Notes under the pieces: generated by a model
Databases searched by the model: none
The model's input: only the letters and a program-made list of their open reading frames with translations
What the model was told of the DNA's origin: nothing
Program-made: the position numbers and the translations under genes
Assembly (NCBI GenBank): GCA_018823705.1
Contig: JAHJHP010000031.1
Span: 1,982-65,981, forward strand
Source of the DNA: Candidatus Omnitrophota bacterium
GTDB lineage: Bacteria; Omnitrophota; Gorgyraeia; 2-01-FULL-45-10
Length of the DNA: 64,000 bases
Reading direction: 5' to 3'
Shown here: positions 46,616-55,033 of the stretch, in pieces
Layout: every line of letters begins with the position of its first letter
Numbering within the stretch: position 1 is the stretch's first letter

Positions 46616-48342
46616 TAAAGAAGATATATTTAATCGGTAATCCTAATGTAGGGAAAAGTGTAGTATTTTCACGTCTCACCGGCGTGCAGGTAATATCTTC
46701 AAACTATCCCGGTACTACCATAGAGCTTTGTAAGGGTTATCTCAGCTTAGGCGCCGAAAAGATCGAAATCGTAGACCTGCCCGGAACTTACTCGTTGGAA
46801 CCTACCTCAAAAGCGGAAGAAGCCGCAATCTCTTTATTAAAGGAATACTCCAAAGACGAAATTGTGGTCGTCAATGTACTGGATTCGACCAATCTGGAAA
46901 GAAACTTACTTCTCACCTTACAACTTATTGAAGATGGGTTCCCGACAATTGTATGCCTGAACATGTGTGATGATGCTGTTCATAAGGGTGTCCATATCGA
47001 TATCAAGACGCTGGAAGATATCCTCCATGTTCCGGTGATCTCGACCTGCGCGATAACGGGAGCAGGCATAAAATTATTGATCGAAAGGATCAAGGAAGCG
47101 GCCCCTGTTCCGAGAGATAAACTCCTCCATGAAGAGCAATGGAAAGAGATAGGTTTGATAATAAACCGGGTCCAGCGCCTGGAACATCGCCATCATACTT
47201 TCAGGGAGGCTTTAGAGGACGCATCCGTACGGCCAGTCACCGGTCTTGTAATGGCAGCAGGCGTAATTTACGCTTCATTTAAGATTGTGCGTTTTATAGG
47301 TGAGTTTATTATCAACAGAATAACGGACCCGATATTTATCAATCTTTACCAACCCATACTGGAAAAGCTGACCCGTCATTGGCAGGAACAGAGTTTTTTA
47401 TTTCATCTGCTGATAGGCGATTTAATCAACGGCAAGATCGACTTTAAACAATCACTCGGCGTATTAACAACGGCTCCATACATTGAATTCGGAATGGTAT
47501 TGCCGTATATCATCTCGTTCTATTTTATCTTAAGTCTTTTAGAAGATATAGGATATCTGCCGCGCCTGGCGATATTATTGGACAATCTTCTGCATCGGTT
47601 GGGGCTGCATGGTTTTGCGATCATTCCCATGCTTTTAGGTTTTGGATGTAACGTACCCGGCATATTAGCTACCCGTACCTTAGAATCGAAACGTGAGAGG
47701 TTTATCGCGGCGACATTGATCTCGATAGGCGTGCCGTGTGTGCCGTTACAAGCCATGATATTCGGATTATTAGGTAGCTTTGGAGGATTTTATGTAGCAG
47801 GGGTATATCTGGTATTATTTTCTTTAGTCCTGATATTAGGATTGATCCTGAACCGTGTCTTAAAAGGTTATAGCCCGGAATTCCTGCTGGAGATCCCTCC
47901 GTACAGATTTCCTCCGTTGGACATTTTAGGCAGGAAATTATACTTTCGCATAAAGGGGTTTATAATTGAGGCGGTTCCGATCGTGCTCGTTGGAGTTGCC
48001 GTTATAAACATCCTTATTTACTTTAACGTATTCAGTATAATATCCGGTTTTTTTGCGCCGGTTATTCACGATCTATTAGGACTGCCAAAAGAGTCGATAA
48101 TTGCGCTGGTGATCGGATTCTTCAGAAAAGATGTAGCGGTCGGGATGTTGATGCCATTAGGGCTTACTGCCAAGCAGCTATTCATCGCCGCGACATTATT
48201 GGCAATATCGTTTCCGTGCGTTGCCACGTTTATAATCCTGTGGAAAGAGTTGGGTTTGAAAGATTTGATCAAATCCACCCTCATTATGATAACTATAAGC
48301 ATCATCGTGGGCTCAGCGCTCAATCTTCTGATATTACGCTGA
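46612..48342 (+). CDS. feoB: ferrous iron transport protein B (short form, 576 aa)
   Basis: N-terminal GTPase G1 GNPNVGKS, G3 DLPG. Polytopic permease domain. Confidence 0.9.
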   Translation: MIKKIYLIGNPNVGKSVVFSRLTGVQVISSNYPGTTIELCKGYLSLGAEKIEIVDLPGTYSLEPTSKAEEAAISLLKEYSKDEIVVVNVLDSTNLERNLLLTLQLIEDGFPTIVCLNMCDDAVHKGVHIDIKTLEDILHVPVISTCAITGAGIKLLIERIKEAAPVPRDKLLHEEQWKEIGLIINRVQRLEHRHHTFREALEDASVRPVTGLVMAAGVIYASFKIVRFIGEFIINRITDPIFINLYQPILEKLTRHWQEQSFLFHLLIGDLINGKIDFKQSLGVLTTAPYIEFGMVLPYIISFYFILSLLEDIGYLPRLAILLDNLLHRLGLHGFAIIPMLLGFGCNVPGILATRTLESKRERFIAATLISIGVPCVPLQAMIFGLLGSFGGFYVAGVYLVLFSLVLILGLILNRVLKGYSPEFLLEIPPYRFPPLDILGRKLYFRIKGFIIEAVPIVLVGVAVINILIYFNVFSIISGFFAPVIHDLLGLPKESIIALVIGFFRKDVAVGMLMPLGLTAKQLFIAATLLAISFPCVATFIILWKELGLKDLIKSTLIMITISIIVGSALNLLILR

Positions 48343-48348
48343 GGCATA

Positions 48349-48463
48349 GGGGACGTGTCACTTTGGGACACTCCACTTTATATAAGTTATCCACAATTGT
48401 AGTCCGGGCTACAAGTTCGCTATTAGTTCTCTTAAGTGGAGTGTCCCAAAGTGACACGTCCCC
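48349..48463. mobile_element. MITE-like element, copy 2: 115 bp with perfect 30-bp terminal inverted repeats (GGGGACGTGTCACTTTGGGACACTCCACTT)
   Basis: First 30 nt are the exact reverse complement of the last 30 nt. The core carries the family C motif ttatccacaattgtagtccgggctac. Confidence 0.75.
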
Positions 48464-48491
48464 TAATTCGCGTTAAATCAAAATATATATA

Positions 48492-48543
48492 TTGACGTAG
48501 ATACGAGATGTGATATTATGGTTATGGACATATGTTCATAACC
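48492..48543 (+). promoter_or_regulatory. promoter (TTGACG-16-TATTAT) followed by a 24-bp near-palindrome GGTTATGGACATATGTTCATAACC (candidate operator)
   Basis: Read directly from the sequence. One mismatch in the palindrome. Located immediately upstream of the DUF134 regulator gene. Confidence 0.4.
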
Positions 48544-48556
48544 AGCGGAGATTATT

Positions 48557-48862
48557 TTGCGCCCAAAAAAGACCAGATGGATACGTTGTTTACCCGGCGA
48601 AAGATGCTTCAAGCCACTTTGCAAGCCTTTGAATAAACTGAAAAGCGTGCATCTTACTCTTGACGAACTTGAAGCCTTAAGGCTCGCAGATCTTGACGGA
48701 ATGAAACAGGTTGATGCAGCAAAAAGACTTAAGATATCCAGGCCCACATTCTCAAGGATCGTATCTTCAGCGCGGAATAAGATAGCTGATGGCTTAGTTA
48801 ATATCAAAGCTATAAGGATTGAAGGGGGTTGCTGTAGAGTGATAAGGAGGAACGCGCGATGA
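48557..48862 (+). CDS. DUF134 (UPF0251) family putative DNA-binding protein
   Basis: FKPLCKP...LTLDELEALRLADLDGMKQVDAAKRLKISRPTFSRIV sigma-70 region-4-like HTH. TTG start per the ORF track. Confidence 0.7.
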   Translation: MRPKKTRWIRCLPGERCFKPLCKPLNKLKSVHLTLDELEALRLADLDGMKQVDAAKRLKISRPTFSRIVSSARNKIADGLVNIKAIRIEGGCCRVIRRNAR

Positions 48863-50163
48863 AAGGTCTAAAGAAACTCTATTGGCTTATAGGCATATTC
48901 ATCGTTATGTACTTTTTGCCGCTGGGGAATCCCAAGATAACGAATGCCATCTTTGAAGCATTTAAGCTTCTTCAATGGTACGTAATTAATCATACGCTCG
49001 CATGCGTGGTACCGGCCATGTTTATAGCAGGTGCAATATCGACATTTCTGTCCCAGGCCTTTGTTATGCGATATCTCGGCCCTAACGCAAACCGCGGCAT
49101 GGCCTATGCCGTAGCGTCTGTGTCGGGAGTTATACTCGCAGTATGTTCCTGCAGCGTCTTGCCGATGTTTGCCGGTATTTATACCATGGGAGCGGGGCTT
49201 GGGCCCGCAAGCGCTTTTCTTTATTCGGGTCCCGCGATAAACGTCATGGCAATATTTTTATCAGCACGCGTTCTTGGGTTCGACATAGGATTAGCCAGGG
49301 CAGTTGGCGCGATAGTCTTTGCCTGTGTCATAGGGCTATGCATGGCCTTTATCTTCAGGCGATCCGAACATGCCCGAACAAAAAAAGCGATGGAGCTTCC
49401 TCCTCCTCCGCATCCTGCGAGGCCGTTATGGAAGACAGCGCTCTACTTCTTATGCATGGTATTATTTCTTGTTTTTAGCGATTGGTATAATACCAACGAT
49501 GTAACTATTACGCTAAAAAACGGGATAGTAATGAAGGTGAATATCCAATATTCCACGCAGGACTTTATCGAAGCTAAGAAGTACGAAGCCGGTGGTAAGC
49601 TGGCTATAGATGCCGAGCGCCTAAACAGGCCTGATATAGCCGAAATAAAACCGGAAGATAACTTTGTCATGAGAGTTCACGCCATTAAGTGGTACCTCGC
49701 CGGGCTTATGGGGTTGACTATACTTATTATGCTGCATCGATGGTTCAAAAAAGACGAGATCCGACAGTGGCTTACTGCGACATGGGACTTCGGGATGATG
49801 ATAGTGCCGCTTCTATTCGGCGGTGTATTCTTGACCGGGTTTGTTGGAGCGTTACTTCCTGAGAAAGTGGTTGCGGCGTTTGTTGGAGGCAATAGCCTAT
49901 TTTCGAATTTTTTTGCATCCTTTATAGGCGTATTTTGGTACTTTGCCACTCTTACCGAGATACCCATTACGCAAATGTTAATGCGTCTTGGCATGGGCAA
50001 GGGGCCTGCGCTTGCGCTTCTTCTGGCCGGCCCTGCATTGTCAGTGCCGAGCATCCTGGTTATTAATAAGGTATTAGGATGGCGCAAGACGCTTGTTTTC
50101 TTCGTGCTTATAGTGGGATTTTCGACTATAGCGGGATATGTTTTTGGAATGATAATACGTTAA
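48859..50163 (+). CDS. DUF318 (YraQ/ArsP-like) family permease
   Basis: Polytopic protein with the Cys-containing motif AVCSCSVLPMFAGIYTMGAG. Confidence 0.7.
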   Translation: MKGLKKLYWLIGIFIVMYFLPLGNPKITNAIFEAFKLLQWYVINHTLACVVPAMFIAGAISTFLSQAFVMRYLGPNANRGMAYAVASVSGVILAVCSCSVLPMFAGIYTMGAGLGPASAFLYSGPAINVMAIFLSARVLGFDIGLARAVGAIVFACVIGLCMAFIFRRSEHARTKKAMELPPPPHPARPLWKTALYFLCMVLFLVFSDWYNTNDVTITLKNGIVMKVNIQYSTQDFIEAKKYEAGGKLAIDAERLNRPDIAEIKPEDNFVMRVHAIKWYLAGLMGLTILIMLHRWFKKDEIRQWLTATWDFGMMIVPLLFGGVFLTGFVGALLPEKVVAAFVGGNSLFSNFFASFIGVFWYFATLTEIPITQMLMRLGMGKGPALALLLAGPALSVPSILVINKVLGWRKTLVFFVLIVGFSTIAGYVFGMIIR

Positions 50164-50191
50164 ATGCAGGACTTAAAGGCGAGGAGATGAG

Positions 50192-50425
50192 ATGAAAATC
50201 GAAATTTTAGGAGTAGGATGTCCCAAGTGCAAACAACTTACTGCCAATGCAGAAGCGGCAGTAAGGGAGCTTAATATAGCCGCTGAAGTTTCCAAGGTGA
50301 CGGATATTGGAAAAATAACCGAATATGGCGTGATGATGACTCCTGCGCTTGCCCTTGATGGCACGATAGTTTCATTCGGCAAGGTATTAAGCAAGGATGA
50401 GATTAAGAAGATTATTTCAAAATAG
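50192..50425 (+). CDS. small thioredoxin-fold protein (redox-active disulfide protein 2-like)
   Basis: 77 aa. N-terminal CPKC redox motif in MKIEILGVGCPKC. Confidence 0.7.
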   Translation: MKIEILGVGCPKCKQLTANAEAAVRELNIAAEVSKVTDIGKITEYGVMMTPALALDGTIVSFGKVLSKDEIKKIISK

Positions 50426-50435
50426 GGAGGAAAGA

Positions 50436-50873
50436 TTGAAGAAACTATTTTTTATTCTTCTGGCAATTACTGCGCTAAGTAGTAGTGGAATAATTATTGC
50501 GCCGCCAGCTCAAGCAGGAGAGGACGCAAAAGGCGCTCATGTCGTCGCTTATTATTTTCACGGGACAATGCGCTGCTCTACCTGCCATAAACTGGAACAG
50601 TATTCAAAGGAAGCGATAGAGACTAATTTTAAAGATGCGCTTCAATCCGGAAAGCTGGAATATAAAGTTGTAAATGTGGAAGATAAAGGCAACGAACACT
50701 TTTGCGATGACTATCAACTTTATACGAAATCACTCATCCTGTCTTTAATCGAAGACGGTAAAGAAATAAAATGGAAAAATCTTGATAAAATATGGGAATA
50801 CGTCGGTAATAAACAGAAGTTTCTTGATTATGTTAAGGCGGGAGTCACCGATTTTCTGAAGGACGCTCAATGA
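50436..50873 (+). CDS. secreted CxxC protein (possible periplasmic thiol-disulfide oxidoreductase)
   Basis: Signal peptide KKLFFILLAITALSS. CSTCH motif. TTG start after RBS gggagg. The track ORF extends upstream in-frame across the previous gene's end. Confidence 0.4.
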   Translation: MKKLFFILLAITALSSSGIIIAPPAQAGEDAKGAHVVAYYFHGTMRCSTCHKLEQYSKEAIETNFKDALQSGKLEYKVVNVEDKGNEHFCDDYQLYTKSLILSLIEDGKEIKWKNLDKIWEYVGNKQKFLDYVKAGVTDFLKDAQ

Positions 50874-51559
50874 CAGAGATATTAATAAGCTTTGTTTCGG
50901 CATTGTGGCTGGGGATTTTGACATCAATTAGTCCGTGTCCTTTGGCCAGTAACGTGGCCGCCATCTCTTTTCTGTCCAAGAAGATAACCCATCCGGCACT
51001 TGTGTTTATCTCAGGATTGGCGTATACGCTGGGACGTATGGCCTCTTATGCGTTCCTGGGATGGATTATCATTAGTTATCTTTTAAGCGTTCCGCAGGTT
51101 GCTCAGTTCTTACAAAAATACATGGGCAAAGCTCTGGGGCCGATATTAATTCTTACCGGGCTTATTTTGTTGGAAATAATTACTATTCGCCTGCCAGGAC
51201 TATCGCTATCACAAAAGCACCATAATAAACTTGCGGAGTCCGGTGCCCCGGGCGCCTTTTTGCTTGGTTTTATCTTTGCTCTGGCGTTTTGTCCAATTTC
51301 GGCGGCGTTATTCTTTGGGAGCCTTATTCCTTTAGCTATTACCAATAAAAGCGGTATCGTGCTGCCATTTATTTACGGAATCGGCACAGGATTACCGGTT
51401 CTTTTATTTTCTGTTGCCATTGCGTTAGGTGTGAGATCGCTGAGTCATTGGTTTCATAGGATCACGCGGCTGGAATACTATACCCGAAAGATTACAGGAG
51501 TCGTATTTGTCCTCGTCGGCTTATACTACGTAGGGATATATGTGTTGAAATTATTTTAA
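50870..51559 (+). CDS. ccdA: cytochrome c biogenesis protein CcdA / DsbD-core family transmembrane thiol-disulfide transporter
   Basis: 6-TM protein with conserved Cys in TM1 (SISPCPLA) and TM4 (AFCPISAAL). Confidence 0.75.
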   Translation: MTEILISFVSALWLGILTSISPCPLASNVAAISFLSKKITHPALVFISGLAYTLGRMASYAFLGWIIISYLLSVPQVAQFLQKYMGKALGPILILTGLILLEIITIRLPGLSLSQKHHNKLAESGAPGAFLLGFIFALAFCPISAALFFGSLIPLAITNKSGIVLPFIYGIGTGLPVLLFSVAIALGVRSLSHWFHRITRLEYYTRKITGVVFVLVGLYYVGIYVLKLF

Positions 51560-51706
51560 AAGCATTAAATTCTGCTTGATGAAGAAAAAACGAACCTGTT
51601 TTTCTGCCGCTCCAAATTGCCCATTTTGAATGGAATCCAGTCTATTTTCATTTATGCTAATCCATTTTCATGATAATATATGGTATATTCAGCAGTAGCA
51701 GAAGCA

Positions 51707-51786
51707 GTAGCCCGGGCTCCTGCCTACCTGCTTTCCTATCGGCAAGTAGGCAGGCAGGTAAGCCTGAGCTGCAATTGTGGATAACT
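51707..51786. repeat. palindromic repeat family B copy 2 fused to family C 15-mer
   Basis: gtagcccgggctcctgcctacctgctttcctatcggcaagtaggcaggcaggtaagcctgagctgcaattgtggataact. Nearly identical to 37266-37330. Confidence 0.7.
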
Positions 51787-51829
51787 GTACGTAAGTGGGT
51801 TTTTAGTAGCTTATAAAGGTTGGCAAAAA

Positions 51830-52678
51830 ATGAGTCTATATTTTATTTTTACCGTGGACGGCGATTGGAACGAGTATTTTTCCACCAAATTGTCAAAGAA
51901 AGAAAGAAAACCTGACAGGAAAGGCTTACTTGGTTTGATTAAGCGTGAGATCGCAATTGCCCGTTCTATTGGCGGCAAAATTCTGCATTTTGTGCACACA
52001 TCACCCGTCACCCGGCAATATTACCTACAGCCAGAATTTATCCGCCTCTGGAAGAAGATAGAGGCATCCGGGGGGAGCATAGGGGTCCACTGTCACGAGG
52101 AAGGTCTTTTTAGCCGCGGCAGGCTTAACGATTCGGGCATGCTGGAGCAGTCGGTCCGCTCATTAACTGAGCCATTACGCAAAGAGGGGCTGACCCTCAT
52201 TTCTTATCGCGGCGGTTATCTTACTTTTTGTAAAAAAGTCATACCAATCTTAGAAAGAAACGAGCTTTTCCTTGATTTTTCTTGCGACCCGGGTCGTTAT
52301 CTTCATCACAAAAGAAGGCTGATCGCGGATTGGCGAGGGGCGCCGAAGAATTATTATCGCATGTGTTATCAAGATCACCGCGCAGAAGGTAAAAGTAATG
52401 TTATTGAAATACCCCTTGGAAAAATAAGGCAACGCGCTTTATATATAGACATTACATCTCTGCCGGATATCTGGAAGGTAACGCGGCGTTTGGCTAAAAA
52501 GGATAAATCATCAAAGGGCAACATAATTGTATCCCTCTTGACGCACACGTATGAGTTTTCTTCTGCATGGAAACGGGTTAAAATAAAAGCGGCCCTCCTT
52601 GTCTGCAGATTGTACGGTAGTTTTATTAATGATAAAGAAGCGTTAGAGATTATCGCAAAGGAGAAAGGAAAAACATGA
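51830..52678 (+). CDS. hypothetical protein, possibly divergent polysaccharide-deacetylase (CE4)-like fold
   Basis: Weak CE4-like motif order (FTVDGDW; HFVHTSP; YRGGY; LTHTY). AT-richer codon usage than neighbouring genes. Confidence 0.3.
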   Translation: MSLYFIFTVDGDWNEYFSTKLSKKERKPDRKGLLGLIKREIAIARSIGGKILHFVHTSPVTRQYYLQPEFIRLWKKIEASGGSIGVHCHEEGLFSRGRLNDSGMLEQSVRSLTEPLRKEGLTLISYRGGYLTFCKKVIPILERNELFLDFSCDPGRYLHHKRRLIADWRGAPKNYYRMCYQDHRAEGKSNVIEIPLGKIRQRALYIDITSLPDIWKVTRRLAKKDKSSKGNIIVSLLTHTYEFSSAWKRVKIKAALLVCRLYGSFINDKEALEIIAKEKGKT

Positions 52679-53613
52679 GAATTGGAATTGCGGCAGAAAA
52701 CATACCGCAAGAAAAGAGGGTTGTCATCCAGCCGCCTGAAATTAACAAAATTGCAAAAAAACATGAGGTAATTGTTGAGAGAGAAGCAGGGATAGGTATT
52801 GATATTACAGATGATGCCTTTATGAAAGCAGGGTGTAAAATCGGTTCTCGTAGAGAGGTGTATGATTGCGATTTGGTAGTTCGTATTAAAGAACCTAGTA
52901 TCGAGGATATTGCAATGATGCGGCCAGGTAGTATTATCATGAGCATGATGCATATCCGCTGTCACCCAAAATTAGAAGACGCCCTGCGTAAACAGAAACT
53001 CATCGCAATCGCATTAGAGAATCTGAAGAATTCAACCGGCAAAAGGACGGTTGAAGCAGTCGAAGATTCCGGCCGTATTGGAATGGAGTATGCTTTCAAA
53101 CTCTGGGGGAAAGACCCCGCAACTGCCAATGTGAAGATTATGGGGTATGGTAATATGTCTGTGGGCGCTATCAGGTGTGTTGCGCGTAAATTTGCCAGTC
53201 TTACTATTCTGAATAAAAGAGATTTTCTTGAAATGGCTAAGCATATCCCCGGGACAGATATTCTAGTAGACGCAGTCAATCGCCCTTTTCGTCGAGAAGT
53301 TGCCAAAGAACCTCCCATTGTTACTCGTGAGATGCTTAAACTTTTTAAGCCCGGATCAGTTATTGTAGATTTAGTTTCAACTCCTGAAAATCATGCGCCA
53401 GTGGAAACCATGCATCCAACAACGCTGGATAATTTACATTATATGGTCGATGGGATTTATCATACTTCTTGTTGGGGTTGGCCAGGTTTAGAGCCAAAGA
53501 AAATTGCCAAAAGGTATAGTCTTCAGCTTATGCCGATTCTTAAAAATCTAGCAGACAAAGGTATTGATAAGTGCAGTAGCCTTACTAAAGCAGCTATTTT
53601 ACGTTTTGATTAA
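52675..53613 (+). CDS. alanine dehydrogenase/PNT-family NAD(P)-dependent enzyme, opine-synthase-like (N5-(carboxyethyl)ornithine synthase-like size, 312 aa)
   Basis: AlaDH/PNT N-terminal domain (MRIGIAAE...VIVEREAGIGIDITDDAFMKAGCKI). Rossmann IMGYGNMSVGA. Confidence 0.5.
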   Translation: MRIGIAAENIPQEKRVVIQPPEINKIAKKHEVIVEREAGIGIDITDDAFMKAGCKIGSRREVYDCDLVVRIKEPSIEDIAMMRPGSIIMSMMHIRCHPKLEDALRKQKLIAIALENLKNSTGKRTVEAVEDSGRIGMEYAFKLWGKDPATANVKIMGYGNMSVGAIRCVARKFASLTILNKRDFLEMAKHIPGTDILVDAVNRPFRREVAKEPPIVTREMLKLFKPGSVIVDLVSTPENHAPVETMHPTTLDNLHYMVDGIYHTSCWGWPGLEPKKIAKRYSLQLMPILKNLADKGIDKCSSLTKAAILRFD

Positions 53614-53668
53614 CGGAACGTAGATTATAACGAGTTACGAGAATTAAAGCTAAGAGAACCGAACGTAA

Positions 53669-54985
53669 GTGAGAAAAAGAGGAATAGGTACTATTGAGAT
53701 GATTTCAAAGAAAATGACATTTTTTCTTATCATAATGATTGTAGGCGCCATTTTACTGGCTGGAGGAGGGATTTATCATATTGTTTTTACGACCAAAGGA
53801 TCGGATTCTATTATTCGGCCTCTCCTATCAAAATATGTCGAAGCAGAAAGTACCAACATTAAAAAAACAACAGGCAATCTTTCAAAAGCTTTAGTCTATC
53901 AGGATATTGAGTTCCGTAATCTAAAATGGCTTCCAATGGGAAATTCGCTTAAAATCCAAAAACTCGAAATAGCATTAAACTCTTTCAGCCTAAAAGGACT
54001 TAACATCAAAATACAAAATGGAAAACTAAGATTTTCTGGGTCCGGGGTGATCCTTTTCTATGGCGATTATCAAAATGGCATGTTAAATATTACTGTATAT
54101 TCCAAGGATATGAGTGTTCGTGACGTACTGGATTTATTTGCTGAAACTGTGAAATTAAAAAAGGTTTCAGGGACTCTTGATAATGTAGACATCAATATCA
54201 AAGGTTCTTTATTAGAGCCTGAAATATACGGTAGTTTTAATGTCGAAGAATTGACTATGAATGGATTTTCTATGACTAATTGTCTAGGCGACGTAAAGTT
54301 GCAACTTAAAGGTATAAAAGATGATTTTAAATTAGACGGTCAGATTTTATTAAAAAGCGGGGTAATATCGGGACCTAAAACAGCAGTTATAAATATAAAG
54401 GAGAGCAAAATCCTGTTTATAAATGAGCCTAAAAGACCGATGCTGGATCTAAAGGGGTTAGCCATTGTTGAAAAAGTTAATATTAATATTGCGTTGAAGG
54501 GCACCTTTGATCAACCAGAGTTAAAGCTAACCTCTATGCCTCCAATGGATGAGGACAGGTTGCTCTTGATGCTTGCAACAAATAAAACATGGCAAAGCGT
54601 TGAGACGGCCATAAACAAACAGGAATTGTCGGCCGATATTGCCAAAGATTTTTTAGATTATTTTATTTTTTCCGGATCTGGCAGCAAGATTTCCGAGAAA
54701 TATGGCATACGGGATATTTCGGTAAAATATAATAAGACTACTACTGGAGTCAGAGCCACAAAAGATATTACAGATAAAGCAGCACTCAGTTATTCTGTCG
54801 AGCAGTCACTGCAAACAATGGGTAATCAAACTACTACGCAAAAGATAGCAAGCGAATACAAAATCAACGAAAATATATCAGTAGGCGCAGAAAAAGAATT
54901 AAAGCAAAATGATAAAAATGCGCGTCCGGAGGATAAACAGCAAACAGATGATAAGGTAACAGTGAAATTTAAAAAAGAGTTTTAA
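53669..54985 (+). CDS. hypothetical membrane-anchored beta-rich protein (TamB/AsmA-like C-terminal region?)
   Basis: N-terminal TM (MTFFLIIMIVGAILLAGGG). Lys/Thr-rich C-terminus. No catalytic motif. Confidence 0.3.
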   Translation: MRKRGIGTIEMISKKMTFFLIIMIVGAILLAGGGIYHIVFTTKGSDSIIRPLLSKYVEAESTNIKKTTGNLSKALVYQDIEFRNLKWLPMGNSLKIQKLEIALNSFSLKGLNIKIQNGKLRFSGSGVILFYGDYQNGMLNITVYSKDMSVRDVLDLFAETVKLKKVSGTLDNVDINIKGSLLEPEIYGSFNVEELTMNGFSMTNCLGDVKLQLKGIKDDFKLDGQILLKSGVISGPKTAVINIKESKILFINEPKRPMLDLKGLAIVEKVNINIALKGTFDQPELKLTSMPPMDEDRLLLMLATNKTWQSVETAINKQELSADIAKDFLDYFIFSGSGSKISEKYGIRDISVKYNKTTTGVRATKDITDKAALSYSVEQSLQTMGNQTTTQKIASEYKINENISVGAEKELKQNDKNARPEDKQQTDDKVTVKFKKEF

Positions 54986-55033
54986 TAGTTTTTGCAGTTT
55001 TATACATTTTTTAGGAAATCATAACTTATTGAT

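Noticed and set aside
50397-50435. Track ORF start at 50397 for the CxxC secreted protein, overlapping the thioredoxin-like gene
   Set aside because: The N-terminal MRLRRLFQNREERLKK has no signal peptide. It overlaps the preceding gene's last codons and the RBS gggagg at about 50424. A TTG start at about 50436 yields a canonical signal peptide.
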